DNA of 60,872 bases, taken from Welwitschia mirabilis (lineage: Eukaryota). This document shows positions 36,464 through 49,995 of the stretch, in pieces. The stretch spans positions 40,932,137 through 40,993,008 of the forward strand of contig JBOZIK010000001.1 in NCBI GenBank assembly GCA_051453625.1, in the 5' to 3' direction. Below the pieces are notes generated by a model, which was given only the letters and a program-made list of their open reading frames with translations, had not been told where the DNA came from and searched no databases. Position 1 is the first letter of the stretch, and every line of letters begins with the position of its first letter. The translations under genes were made by a program, and so were the position numbers.

Positions 36464-38449
36464 AGAACAAATACAAGAAATACAGAAAATGGGGGAATCC
36501 CTCAACCCTTAAACAAAAGGATTAAATAAAACTTGGTTTTCCAGCCAATTCCTAAAAATAATATCTCCTTTAAGTCATTTTGGTTATTTAGTTCCTTCAA
36601 AAATAGAGGGACAAAAACTGAAGCTGATATTATGATGTTATCACCTTATTACATTAAACATGGCAGCAATGTTAAACTATAACATTACAAAGGAGGAAGA
36701 AAGTATATTAATTCTGACTTCACTTCAACATTCTTACACTTGAAGACCATAAGGCCTCCATTTAAGAAATCAGGTTACACAAGAAACTCGCCCTTAAACT
36801 GCATCTTGATAAGAATCTTGAAGTACTTAGAGGACCGTCATGGTTAAAAATGCTCACGAAGTGCTAGGAGAAGAATGAAATGCCATAGCTTAACACCCTA
36901 TTAAGAAAAAGGAAAACAAATATTCTTGGGTTAAGTACCTTTCACAAAGGAAGGCTGATGAGATAACAAAAAATGGAACAGAAGGTATGCTTTGTATTTC
37001 TACAATTAACCAAATTAAATTAGGAAGGACCAAAGTCCAAACATGCTACAGATGAAAATTCAGAACTGGGTCATAATACCAAAGTCCACAGAGGTGGGAG
37101 ACTACTGATCATTAATAGGATAAAGAAATGCAATGAAACTGATATAGTCATATGGCATACTATCATCACAGCATCACCTGACTTTCCAGTGTTCTTAATC
37201 AATTCACTATGAACAACAAAATGCTAGCTAGATGACGGAAATGTGGTCAAGGATAACAGATAACCATGATTACTAAAGCCTTGTAGATGATTTTCACCAA
37301 ACATTATGTAGGTCTGAGAAAAATTAAGAAAAGGGCTTTAAGCCATATCTCAAGGATGTCACGAATCAATTTTAACCATCAAAATCACTAAGGTAACAAA
37401 TGGAAANNNNNNNNNNNNNNNNNNNNNNNNNNNNNNNNNNNNNNNNNNNNNNNNNNNNNNNNNNNNNNNNNNNNNNNNNNNNNNNNNNNNNNNNNNNNNN
37501 NNNNNNAGAATAAATACAAGAAATACAAAAAATGAGTGAGCCCCTCAACCCTTAAACAAAGGGATTAAATAAAGCTAGGTTTTCTAGCCAATTCCTAAAA
37601 ATAATATCTCCTTCAAGTCATTTTGGTTATTCAGTTCCTTCAAAAATAAAAGGACAAAAACCAAAGTTGATATTATAATGTTGTCATCTTATCACATTAA
37701 AGATGGCAGCAATGTTAAAATATAACATTATAAAGGAGGAAGAAAGTATGTTAATTTTGTCTTTACTTCAACATTCTCACACTTGAAGACCATAAGGCCT
37801 CCATTTAAGAAATCAGGGCATATAAGAAATTGGCCCTTAAACTGCATCTTGATAAGAATCTTGAAGTACTTAGAGGACCATTATGTTTAAAAATGCTTAT
37901 GAGGTACTAAGAGAAGAATGAAATGTCCTAGATTAACCCCCTATTAAGAAAAAGAAAAACAAATATTCTTGGGTTAAGTACTTTTACAAAATAAGGCTAA
38001 TGAGAAAACAGAAAATGGAATAGAAGGTATTTTTTGTATTTCTACAATCAACCAAATTAAATTGGGAAGGACCAAAGTTCAAACATCCTAGAAATGAAAA
38101 TTCAGAACTCCATCATAATACCAAAGTTCACAGAGATGGGAGACTACTGATCATTAATAGAATAAAGAAATGCAATAAAATTGATATCGTCATACGACAT
38201 ACTATTATCACAACATCATCGGACTTTCCATTATTCTTAATCAATTCATTATGAACAACAAAATGCCAGATAGATGAAGGAAATGTGGTTAAGGATAACA
38301 AATAACAATGATTAATGAAGATTTGTAGATGGTTTTCATCAAACATTATGTAGGTTTGGGAAAAATTAAGAAAAGGGCTTTAAGCCGTATATCCAAGATG
38401 TCACGAATTAATTTTAACCATTAAAATCACTAAGGTAATTAGATGAAAG
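36464..38449 (+). repeat. Direct duplication (~0.95 kb unit): 36464-37406 vs 37507-38449, separated by a 100-N gap
   Basis: Colinear diverged copies starting AGAA(C/T)AAATACAAGAAATAC and ending AAAATCACTAAGGTAA. Confidence 0.92.
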
Positions 38450-41400
38450 CTAAGAACTACTACAACTAGCATAGGTATTTAATTTCCAAGGACGACCAAG
38501 GTGGATTATGTCACAATTAAACTTTTGAATTCAATTTGAAATGTTATAGGAACAAAACAAAAATTAAATAAGAGGTAAGCATATCCAATCCAGAGATGGA
38601 ATAGGACATTCTTTGGATGTGACAAAGGAATTCTCTATGTAAGGAATAAGAGAAGTGGATGAAAATATGAAAAAGAAAATAGATGAAAGTAAGATATACC
38701 ATAATAATAACTTGCTTTTGAGGACAAACAAGACAGGCACTGGAATTTCTCTTGACAAAACTCTGAAAGGCCCAAGGCATCATTGATTGAAAATGTTACT
38801 GCATGCAAGTCCTTTCACCAATGATAAGACACATGGCACCAAAAAGTTCCTATTACTCGGGAAATGCAAAATTGCTTAGCCTAAATAAAAAGAAATGAAG
38901 ACCCAATGTCATATAGCTAAATAATGTATTTCATCAAAATCATGGAAGGCTATCAACAAAGCCCTTAACGAGGCTTTAGATACAGAGACATTTCATAAAC
39001 AAGTCAGTACTATATTCAATCTCATTTCCCAAAAGCAAACCTAAATCCCAAAGGTTTTACTGTTTTAGACTCATAAAATTTGTACCTTTATCTCATCCAC
39101 TCATCAAATTTCTTATTTAATGTGGTTGCTACTTCACTTTTTGGTTATTGGTAACAAGTCTGGATTAGTCCACAGGAGTATTGAATGAATGTTTCTACCA
39201 TACTGGGAATGATACCCATTTGCATCTTTTTTAATTTGAATGGAAGAATTACTTTGCAAAACATGTCTTCTGCAAATGTGTGCTCCATTGTCAATCAAGG
39301 CCACTTTTCCTTGATTGTCAAATCACTTCCTCCTCCTCCTTTAGCACCTCCTGCCCCTTCTGCAAATAGCATTTCACCAAGATTGGAGTGTTTTTAGTAA
39401 CATGCTTGGCTTTGTGCCCTCTAAGGATGCCATCTACTTACTCCCTTTGAATTGGAAGACAGTGTGGTTCTTTTGCAGTGACATGCATGTGTCTTCTCCC
39501 TTTTTTTGTTTTCACTCTTTTGAAAATCTCTTTGTGTGGTAGCTCAGAAACAAATGTCTTTTCCCCACAAGCCCTCGTAGTAGTTCTTTGGACATTTCTA
39601 GATGCTGCATCACTCATGTATCCATCCTTGATATGTTGAGTTCATTACAGAATAAAGTATTTCGTGTCATCTTGAAGAGGGACCCTTGATGCTGATTACT
39701 GCCTCATGAGTGCAGACTAAAGCCGTCATACTCTTGCTTGCCTTCAGTTTTTAGCAACAATCTGTGATTTTTGGCCAACACAAGATGACTGGGCAGAGCC
39801 ATGAGGAGGCATAGCCTAAGCCCGTGAAGGCCCCAGACATAAATATACATTTGCATAGTGCAAACCTTGTAGCTTGTATTAATTCATCAACTGTAAAAAT
39901 TGTGCTTAGGGCAACCGGCAACCACTAGCTTTTAATGTGATCTGAATAAATACCAACTGTTATTTAGTTATAGAGGTAAAAAGCAAAGGCAAAAGTTTCA
40001 ATACAGGAACATTCGCTACACATAAAATGATTTGACAAAATGTTTCTATAGCACGCAACCCCATTTCCTAAAAGTACTTCTCACCCAACTTTCAATATAT
40101 AAGGTTACCGCAAAATCAACACATCTGACTTAAACCACAAACAACCTTTACTGTATCCTGAACTAGATTATAGAGATTTATTTATCTTTTTAAAAAAATT
40201 TAGAAGACAGCAGATCTCAGGGCACCACTGGTAGAGTACTGGGATAAATCACCAGTATGTAGACTACTACTCTTAAATGCAAAATTGAATGCCATTTTCC
40301 TGTAAAAAAGTGAAATTCCATTGGCAACAGTTTACAAAGAGAGCTTAGGTACGGAAAAAATACAAAAATATAGTTTAGGAAGTGGTAAAATGCACCCACA
40401 TTCATTCACACTGATACTGACTCCTTGGTTTATAATTACATGTTTATTAAGAATTCTGGCACTTTAAAAGTTGTGCTAACATTTTCATCCATATTCTACA
40501 CATTGTGTTTGTGTATTTGCAAAAAATGCTCATAGAAAGGTTACAAGAGATCTGAACTGTTTCCAATGTAGAGTGCTTGAAATGGGCTCAAAGAAAAGGA
40601 AAGAAATGTGTCCTGACAAAACTTTTGAGATACAAGAATGTAATATGATGTAAATCAAATTGATTTTAGGCATTCATATAGTTTGCTTTTCTTCACAATA
40701 TCTCTTCACAGTTCACACACACCCAAAAACAACAAGCGATAATCTGTTTGTGTTATCTTTTTTTAAAAGGTACTTCCAAAACCCTGTTGAAGGACAGAAA
40801 CCTGTGAAGGAAGTGAACGACATAAAACTGATAATTTTGGGTAGTTTCTAGAGTTCTCTAGAGCCAATGTGAGACTGCAGGCATTGAAACTGCAACATAC
40901 AAGGGCATAGCAAAAGAAATATTGCCACAACAATATGTTGGATTTTGTTCCAAACTGAGTGCACATTGCAAAACTTGCACATGAAAGTTGAAACCCCTTT
41001 TGCCCGATCTAACAGAAGAGATTTCAAGTCTAAAGAAAACCCTTAGATGCGCTTAAAGAAAATTAACAAGAAAAGAGAGAGAATGCATGGAGTAACTTCA
41101 AAAACAAGTTTTACATACCCAAAAGAGAGAGAATGCATAGAGTAATTTCAAAAACAAGTTTTACATAACCTCATTCGCATACGAATACTAATAATATCCA
41201 TCAAAGAGCAGGAAGTGACAGCTTGCGCATCAAGATCCGAGCAGAAGTAGTAAAGCATTAAAGACGAAGAGAGTGTAATGGCCCGATACTTATTGAGGGC
41301 CTGGTCAAAAAGAATATACCAGAGCAATGCACTTCGCCTTAGGTTGAGAATGAGCAAAGCACTGAAGATGCCAGATATTTTTGCTTAATCCCACAATGTC

Positions 41401-41859
41401 CACCCTTTACACATCAAAGAAGGTAGAGTCTCTAGCGTTTATGTTAATGTATCTGTGTGCCGCATCACCGCGATTTCGTTGCTACATGAAAAGCGCACAA
41501 AAAAACTTCAATCCAATAAAGCAGAAACTTCTTCGTTACCAGGAATTCGATTGAAACTCTTCATAAAAAAGGGACTTCAATGTGCATTACCTGGGAAAAA
41601 GGAGGGCATTCAGTCTGAATTTTCTCTCCACAAAACTAGGACTTGCGATCTATCTATCAGCTTAGGAAACGAGTTTGTAGCTTCAGCAACTTAGACCCGA
41701 CCGTTTTCTGCCAAGAAAACATTTCTGAAACCCTTGTGACGATTAAAGCATAGAATTGGATGAAAGGTCCACGCCACATATTGGAGTGAATTGGAAAACG
41801 AAGGCAACTGGGCGGTCTTTGCATTTTAACAAAAAAACACGTAATTGTTATCATTTTAG

Positions 41860-42019
41860 TATTATGTCGGTCTTTTTTTTGAAACTAACTTTTGCGGAAC
41901 TGGGCTTTTAAATGCCTTAAAAAGAGCGTTTAAGTAGAAAAACGCCTTAAAAAGTATTATTACTATTATAAAAAACCTTTTACCGAATAAATGTTTTAAA
42001 GCCTATATTTCTTGTAATG
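41860..42019. mobile_element. CACTA (En/Spm) transposon right terminus
   Basis: TTTCTTGTAATG at 42008-42019 is one mismatch from TTTCTTGTAGTG (reverse complement of CACTACAAGAAA). It is preceded by subterminal AAA(T/C)GCCTTAAAA repeats, and copia sequence starts immediately after it. Confidence 0.65.
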
Positions 42020-42760
42020 TTTGAAAATACTTTCTTGTCTTAATAAAGGACGTCCATTGTGTTTCTTTCACCTTATGTTAATGATATAATGTTTGGTGAC
42101 AATTCAATTGCATTGATTGAAATGTCTATAAGTCCATGATGAAAGAACTTGAAAAGAAAGCTATGTTCCTGTTAAAGTATTTCATGTGAATGAAAGTGAA
42201 TCAATCTAATGATTTAATTAAGATGTCTCAAAATACTATGGTCGAGACAAATGTATTAAATATCTTTTATAATTACAAATACTATAGTTTTCCCCTAGAT
42301 TCTATATATTATTTGATGATAATTCATCCATATATCAAAGTTTCTATTGTAATTATGGCTTGTTTCATGGAATCTACAACCAAAATACATTAAAGCATTA
42401 TTAAGAAATTGTTGAGGTATGTTTCTAAGACATCTTATGGCTTAATTTATGGCCACCAACCTAATCCTACTTTTTGGGTAATCTATGACGCGAATTTAGT
42501 AGATGCCCAAGAACTTTAAAAAGCATTAATGAAAATTTGTTTACGTGAAAAGAATACTAATTTACTATGGTTCCAAAAGTGAATCTTAGCAATCTAATTA
42601 ATTATAGAAGCCAAATGTGTATTAATTATAAAGGGAATGCTAGAGATCATGTGATTTAAGAGAAACATTTTACAAAAATAAAATTTCCGTTCAAATCTCT
42701 CATGCAAAATTTCAAATTTAACCAAAGTGCAACCAACATAACAACAAATATTTGATGAAC
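42020..42760 (+). mobile_element. Old Ty1/copia RT C-terminus / RNase H remnant
   Basis: LDSIYYLMIIHPYI..SIVIMACFMESTTKIH*..IKKLLRYV resembles copia VGSLxYLxxTRPDI...RFMxxP...KRILRYL. Confidence 0.6.
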
Positions 42761-43699
42761 CAAAATCCTATGTATTATGTTAAGATAAGTTTATATTTAT
42801 TATTTAAATTAATTATAAATTTTATGTAGTAGGTTGTTAATTGTTCTGTATAAATTACATTAACAAATGGTGAAGGTCCAATTTCCACTTAGCATAAGAA
42901 TGAATAAAAAAATGGTTAGGCTAAAATTTAGGAACTACCTCAAAAACACAAATGGTTTTAAAGAGAAAGAAAAAAAAGCTAATTACTAGGAGAAAGGACT
43001 TTGGTATAAAGAAGGGATGCTAAATCCATAAGGTAGCTTTCGACAAGGAAGGAGAACTAGGAATGGTACGTTCCAAGATATCTACCTAAAAAGTTCATTA
43101 AATCTCTAATGCTTCCTGTAAAGGAGACATAAGCCTTAGTGCTACCTACAAAGGAAACATCATTCTGTAATTAGTTTTTTGAACATAATACATGCATAAT
43201 AGTTCTGTTAAAAGTTGTATTTGTGTTATTAACTATTGTAGCATTTGACATTATTATAAAACTAAAAATTTCATTTTCTTGTGTTGTCCTTATTATAACG
43301 TACTTGAAGTATATTGGTTATTTATTTTTCTACTCTAATATATGTAGTTAAACACATGCTAGGATATTTAGAGTGCTTAGAAATAAGTGTTGTTTTAGCA
43401 TTTTAGTTGAATTTATAAATGAACTTTAATATTTCCTCCTTAAACATGTATAATATGTATCTAGTGATAATGAATCAGTCTTTAATCTAAATTATTTAAG
43501 TTGTTCTTATCAAGATCTTATCTCAGTAATGCAATTTGGATTAAGTTGGTTGAAGATTTGATAATCTTAACTAGTTCCTTAGTAAGCCTCTTTGTTTTTA
43601 ATCTAAATGATTAAAGATAATATTGAGGCTAATAGTATAACATTTTGAGAATTTTTTTTGGATAGTTTTCTAGTATTTGTCCATACTTTTATTAATACT

Positions 43700-44560
43700 T
43701 AGCTCTTATAATTTTAGCACTAGAAGAATGAATGCTCCTAATGCTAACTAATAAAGATGAAAAACTTAACTATTTAGGAGGATAGTCAAGGGAAATGAAG
43801 GGATGAAAAAGTTATATATATTAGGGATATTAGAAAACATGATTTAGGAAAACAAACTTCATAGCAAATTAAATTAGAAATAAAAGAAAGATAATTTAAG
43901 ATTAATGAAACAACATTACAGTGGCTTGTTAAAGAATAATTATTACCCCAGCTTATGATTGAAATGGAAAAAAGGGCGTTTACTCTTTTGAAAATACCTC
44001 TAACCTAGAACAAGTAGAAATTATAAACATTTAGAAACCCATAGTATGAAAAAGTTTTTATCACATTGTTATTAGAAAGATGATGAAGATTCTGCATCCT
44101 TTGGTTAGAAGATTTAAATCTTATTAGCCCTACTTCTTTGTAATTTCTCGAGAACGCTAGGAATATAAGCATTTCATTAATAGTGGATTTTGAAGGATAG
44201 AAGTCAAAAGAACCCTTACTTCACCTAAGTTTATTTAACTCCCTTTGCAAAACATACTATTTAGACTCAAAATCAAATTATCTAAGATATTTTTTAATTT
44301 GTCTTAAAGGAGAAGTAAATTTGTGGTATCATAGGAATCCCAACCATGCTTTAGCTCATAAACTCTTTCAAAAATATTTCTTTAGATGAATTTCAGACCA
44401 TGAAAGTGTTCAAACATTTAAGAAAATAAATCTTGAATATTAAAAAAAAAACGAAAATGAGATATTTGATGGATTCATGTATAGGTATAATATATTACTA
44501 GCTAAAAATCTAAACTTGAAGGAGTTAACTAAAAACTAACAAGAGAACCAAAAGGTCAAC
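43700..44560 (+). mobile_element. Very decayed gypsy gag-like remnant
   Basis: LKGEVNLWYH near 44305-44335 and a downstream K..NE.F..F..RY..LL segment. Many stops. Confidence 0.35.
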
Positions 44561-45789
44561 CAGCTTGGAGATGGGATCAGTTGTCCATATCTATGGTCAA
44601 CTAGCCCTAATGAGGGATCAGCTAGCTTTGCATCCAGATGAAGTTGATAATTCTAAAGATAAGATCAATCAACTAAGAATAGGGTTGAATGATTCAAGGG
44701 GTTGACTAAATTAGCATAAGAAGTCAACTAATCATTGAATTATTGCCCAAATTGTTTATAAAAACATTAAATAGATTCCTTATCATTTTGATTTTAGATA
44801 AATGTTACATTCTTCATATGTGAGCCTCACAAATAATCACAAATGGATTTCTTATATATACTAGAGAATTTAGCATAAAAAATATAGATGATATGATGTT
44901 CTATCTTCATTTTGACACTTGATTGTATGCCATATGAAGTTCTAATTATTAGAAGTGTCTTCACATTCTTTCTTTCTCTATTCCATCTTCCATTCTCTAA
45001 TTCACTTTAATCACTAAAGATTGGATTATTAATTATAATAAGCTTGAAATGAAGAATAGCCAAAATATCTTGTTATACTAGTGAAGGGCTACCACAAAGT
45101 CTTGAGAAGTGTGGAAGCTAAGGTATTTATAATAAAAAGAAAATATATTTGTTTTCTCCATTCTCTATTACAATTTGATTTCATAGTTCATGATTTAGTT
45201 AATTTCAACATGCTAAATTGATTAACTTACATATTGAAATTAGTAGATCTATGACTATTTTATTATTTTTCTATGCCTTAACCAAATTGCTAATGTGCGC
45301 TATATTTTCTAATAATCAAATTGATTTCGTGGATATTATTATCATTTGATTTGGTTAGTGAAGTATATCATTTATATCATTGCAATTTTTTTAGAACAAA
45401 GTGTGTTTCAAATAATATGTTATCATCATAGATCTATGCTTTTATTAGTTATATATGCTATTCTCTTAGATAAGAACTAATAAGATTAATAAATTATCAA
45501 AAACTATCATAGCTTTCTTATTTATCCTTCTCCTCTACAAAAATTTGATCCCAACACAAGAATCCTTTACTAAACTATGGCATAAAAGAATTAGTCACTT
45601 GACTTAAAATGATTTGTAAGTTCTTGCCAACAAAGAGATCCTACCTAAAATAATAAATACACCTTTAAGACCTTATATCCACTATTCACATCGAAAGAAA
45701 CATAGAGATCCTTTTATATATTCCCTCCATCTAGGGGAAAAAATAAGGTTTTGAAGTTAATTCATACAAGTTTATGGTTCATGAGAGAT

Positions 45790-48739
45790 AGATCACTTGA
45801 TGGGTCATTTTATTTTGTAATATTTATTCATGATCACTTTAGAAAAGTGTGATTATTTTCCTTGAAAACCCAATATCAGATGTTTAATGCATTTAAGTAA
45901 TTCCATACTAAAGTAGAAAGGCAAACTAAAAGGAAATTGAAATGTGTAAAAACAGATAATGGTGATGAATTTAGAGGACTATCTAAGGAGTATTGCAACT
46001 CTTATAGAATCAAGATTATGAAGATAATACCAAAGACTCCATAGCAGAAGGATGTGGCTAAAAGAATGAATAGAACTATCTATAAAAAAATTGTATGTAC
46101 ACTCTTTCATAAAAAGTTACCTAAATCCTTTTGGGATAAGGTAATGAAGAAAATAATTAATTCAATTAATATCTTTCCTTCTAAAACTCTTAATGGTAAT
46201 ATTCCTAATAGTATTTGAATAGAAAAGAAGTATCTTATGACTATTCACAAGTTTTTGATTACATGGCATTTGTTTAAGAAGTATCTTATGACTATTCACA
46301 AGTTTTTGGCTACATGGCATTTGTTTACATTTTTAGAGATGAAAGGTTCAAACTTGATGGAAAGAAAATTAGTGTATCTTTCTTGGAACATGATGAGTTT
46401 GACTGTATGACATTCTAAGAAAAAGAAAATCATTAGAAGTAGAGATGTTGTATTCTTGGAACATTAAACTACTAAAGACTTCAAGAAAGTAGAAAATTTG
46501 AATATTGGTAATGGAAGGATTATTAATCTACAGGGAGCCTCATCTCTACCTATTGTACATAATGATCATGAGGCAGATGTATAAAATAATGAAGGAGATG
46601 TAGTTCAAGAACATACAAACACTACTTCCACAGTTGAAGATGTTACACGGGAATAACATTTAGATCACATTCCTCGTGAGCCATCAATAGAGCCTTAGTT
46701 GAGAAGATCTATCAAACAAGGTCAACCTTTCATAAGATATTATCCTATTGAGAATGTGCTACTCACATATGTAGGATAACTAGAGATCTATCAAGAAGTC
46801 ATATCGCATGAGCATAAAAAAGAATTGTTCAAGGTCATGCATGAGGATATGTAATTTGCTTGACAATAACACCTATGAGTTGGTCAAATTTTCAAAAGGT
46901 AAAAAGACACTTAACAAAAAATGGATGTTTTTATTAAAGATTGAAAAAAATAGATGACAATCAAGGTATTAGATATGGTTAGGTATGAAAGGCTTTAATT
47001 AGAAGGAGGAAATTAACTTTGAACAAATATTCTTACTAATGATAAAGATGTCTTTCATTAGAATTATTCTATGACTAGCTACAGATTTGAACATAGAGAT
47101 TGAACAACTTGATGTGAAGACTGGTTTCCTTTATAATGACCTGGAGAAAGAGATCTATGTGAAGCAACTTGAAGGATTTAAAGTCATAGATAAGAAGAAT
47201 CTTATGTGCAAATTGAAAAAGAGCTTAGATGGCTTCTAATAAGTATCTAGGAAGCGGTACAAGAAGTTTGATTTCTTCATGGGGAAGTATGGGTATAAGA
47301 GAATCATTTCTAATTATTGTGTATTTATGAATACATTACATAATAATGATTTTATCATTCTGTTACTTTGTTGAAATGATATATGAATAATTGGTCTAGA
47401 TACTAAGCAAAACAATAAGCTAAAAGAAGAGCTAGGAAAGTAATTTGTAATAAAGGATCTAAGACTAGTAATGTAAATACTTAACATGAAAATCTTTGTA
47501 GATAGGAAAAGTAGAAAGTTATGGCTATCTCAAGAAAGATATACTGAGAAAGTGATAGAAATGTTTAACATAAGTGGAGTAGAACTAGTGTGTTCTCCAC
47601 GTGTAGGTAACTTTAAGCTTATTACCAAGAAATATGGGTGAGAAATGAAAGGCATGCTCTATGCATTTGCTATTGATAGATTAATGTATGTCATTGTATG
47701 CATTAGACCAAATATTACTCATGATATTTGAGTTATTAGTTAGTTCCTTGCAAATCCTGACAAAGAACATTGGGAAGAAGTGAAATGGGTTCTTAAATAT
47801 CTTAGAAGTGTTTCTAAGTTATGATTGTATTTTGGCCACGAAAAACCTATGCTTATTGGATACAAATATGAAGATATGACCAGAGATATTGATTTCAAAA
47901 CATCCACGTTAGATACCTGATGACCTTTGTAAAGGATGCTATCTCATGGCAATCAAAGCTACAAAAACGCATTTCGTTGTTCACCACTAAGGACAAATAT
48001 ATTGTAATTACTGAGGCTAGTAAGGAGTTGTTATGGATGAAGAAATTTATATTAGAACTAGGACATGAACAAGACAAGTTTATCCTTCACTGCAATAGTT
48101 AGAGACCATCCATCTCAACAAAAACTCCACCTTTCACGTGAGGGCCAAACATATTAATGTAAGGTATCATTGAATTCAAGATGTATATTGACTAAGGCTA
48201 GGTTGTATATGATGACCAACCACTACCTCAAGAAAAAAATGATATATCTAAAAGGGAATCATGGGTGCTAGAACTCTCCACGTAAATCAGAAGGAGAAGA
48301 TTGTTGAATTATCCCTCCTTATGTGGAGTAGATTTTTCATTTACTGGAAGTAGTTAACATTTAGCATTGAAGAGGGAATTAACACTTAGGATTAAAGAAC
48401 GTTAGATTTTCTAATGGCTATAAATTCAGCTAGATTGTAAGCAATAGAAGCAAGAGTAAGAAGTAGAGACAATTTACCTTCTATGTGTGTTTGAATCTTA
48501 GCAAACTCGGAAGTTGTATCTTGAGATGCAAGCCTAAAATTCCTAGCCCTTTCCAATAGTTAGAGGGAAAGAATCCCATGTTCAATCTATTTGCAATTTA
48601 ATTATTCATGAATGAAAAGAGAGTAAGAAAAGTCGAAAAAGAATTGTATCTCAAAATGTAACATTATTATCTATATATTTTTCATTTTTTTCTTTCTTCA
48701 TTTTTTGCTAGACTTTCATAATTAAAGAGCTAGATAACA
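45790..48739 (+). mobile_element. Ty1/copia element: integrase, RT, RNase H, PPT and 3' LTR (degenerate, 5' truncated)
   Basis: KTDNGDEF, PKTP*QKDVAKRMNRT and IIRSRDVVF (integrase), IEQLDVKTGFL...LEKEIYVKQ (RT), AISWQSKLQK and HVRAKHINVRYH (RNase H). PPT AGAAGGAGAAGA at 48289-48300, then TGTTG at 48302. The LTR end TAACA at 48739 is tentative. Confidence 0.88.
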
Positions 48740-49568
48740 AGATGCTCATCATACTAAGGTGATCCCACAGTCTTTTTTTCTATAACCCTTAATGTTATGA
48801 TTTTCTTCCCCTCCACATAAAGTCTTCTACTCTTAAAACCCTTTAGGCAGAAAAAATAAAACGTAAGATTGTTTCATTTTCAATGCCATCCTAATTAGAA
48901 TTGTTTCACATTTAATGCAACTTTGTATTTAGAGAGTTATTCCTTTATTAGTGATGTACTAGCTACAATAGAAACTACTTCTTCACTTGTTGAAAAAAAG
49001 TGAATTTATATAAAAATATAGGTTACACTTTATGATATGAAANNNNNNNNNNNNNNNNNNNNNNNNNNNNNNNNNNNNNNNNNNNNNNNNNNNNNNNNNN
49101 NNNNNNNNNNNNNNNNNNNNNNNNNNNNNNNNNNNNNNNNNNAAAAATATAGGTTACACTTTATGATATGAAAATAATGATTTTATGTGGTTAATTCTTC
49201 AAGTAAATTATTATTTGATTGTGTAAGTAAATTAGTATTTAAAAGCATGTAAATGTTGCATAATAGTGCTCCATCTCCATTTAAATAAAAAATTCATAGT
49301 ATCCTCTAGTTGCTTTCTCTGAAGACCTTGATGCCATATGCATTCTCATGTACTACATAAGCCTTCCACTCAATTAAAACTTATACTCATGTTGTCATGT
49401 AAACTTGAATTACCAAAGTTCAGGGTAATTCCATTTGTGGCTCTGTGACGCTTAAAGTTGTCCTTCGGATATGCATCTCCACACGCTTTCCAGTGGCTGT
49501 ATTTTATTCCGCGATAGCACCTGAGATAATCTTATAACAGAACTCTCTGCAATTTTTTAATTCAATAC

Positions 49569-49995
49569 TGTTAAGAATCTCATAAATAGGCCTAAGCACA
49601 TATAGACCTAAGTGAGATTCCAACCCAAAACCAATTGGCAATGGGGGAAGTAACTTACTAGCTTTATATGCATGCTCAAGGCTTTTTTATTTTATCAACG
49701 TGAGACAACACCTACTTATATTTTCCACTGTGGGACAAAACCCACTTATATTTTCCACACGCCCCCTCATGTGTAGGCTAACCAAACCAAACACGGGATG
49801 TAGTCAATCGTGTCGAGGAGTTATGACGACCATGCCGCGACGGCCCAAGAGCAGCTCGCTCTGATACCATGTTAAGAATCTCATAATTGGGCCTGAGCAC
49901 ATATAAACCTAAGTGAGATTCCAACCCAAAACCAATTGACAATGGGGGAAATAACTTATATTATCAATGTGGGACAACACCTATTTATATTTTCC
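49569..49995 (-). mobile_element. TRIM (terminal-repeat retrotransposon in miniature)
   Basis: Direct repeats 49569-49759 and 49870-~49995 both start TGTTAAGAATCTCATAA. The 110-bp internal domain has the tRNA-iMet PBS TGGTATCAGAGC on the minus strand at 49858-49869 and PPT GAGGGGGCG at 49760-49768. Confidence 0.93.

Noticed and set aside
38540..38900. Possible LINE C-terminal zinc-finger remnant on the minus strand (ACLVCPQKQ...HIFIHF)
   Set aside because: The motif is too degenerate to support without an HMM search.
9569..42019. One giant CACTA element enclosing the patellin gene
   Set aside because: The two ends share subterminal motifs, but the left TIR is poor, the 3-bp flanks do not match (ATT vs TTT), and several gaps intervene. 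Separate copies are more parsimonious.
44802..45556. Possible solo LTR (TGTTA...CCAACA)
   Set aside because: No partner LTR, PBS/PPT or convincing TSD could be identified by eye.
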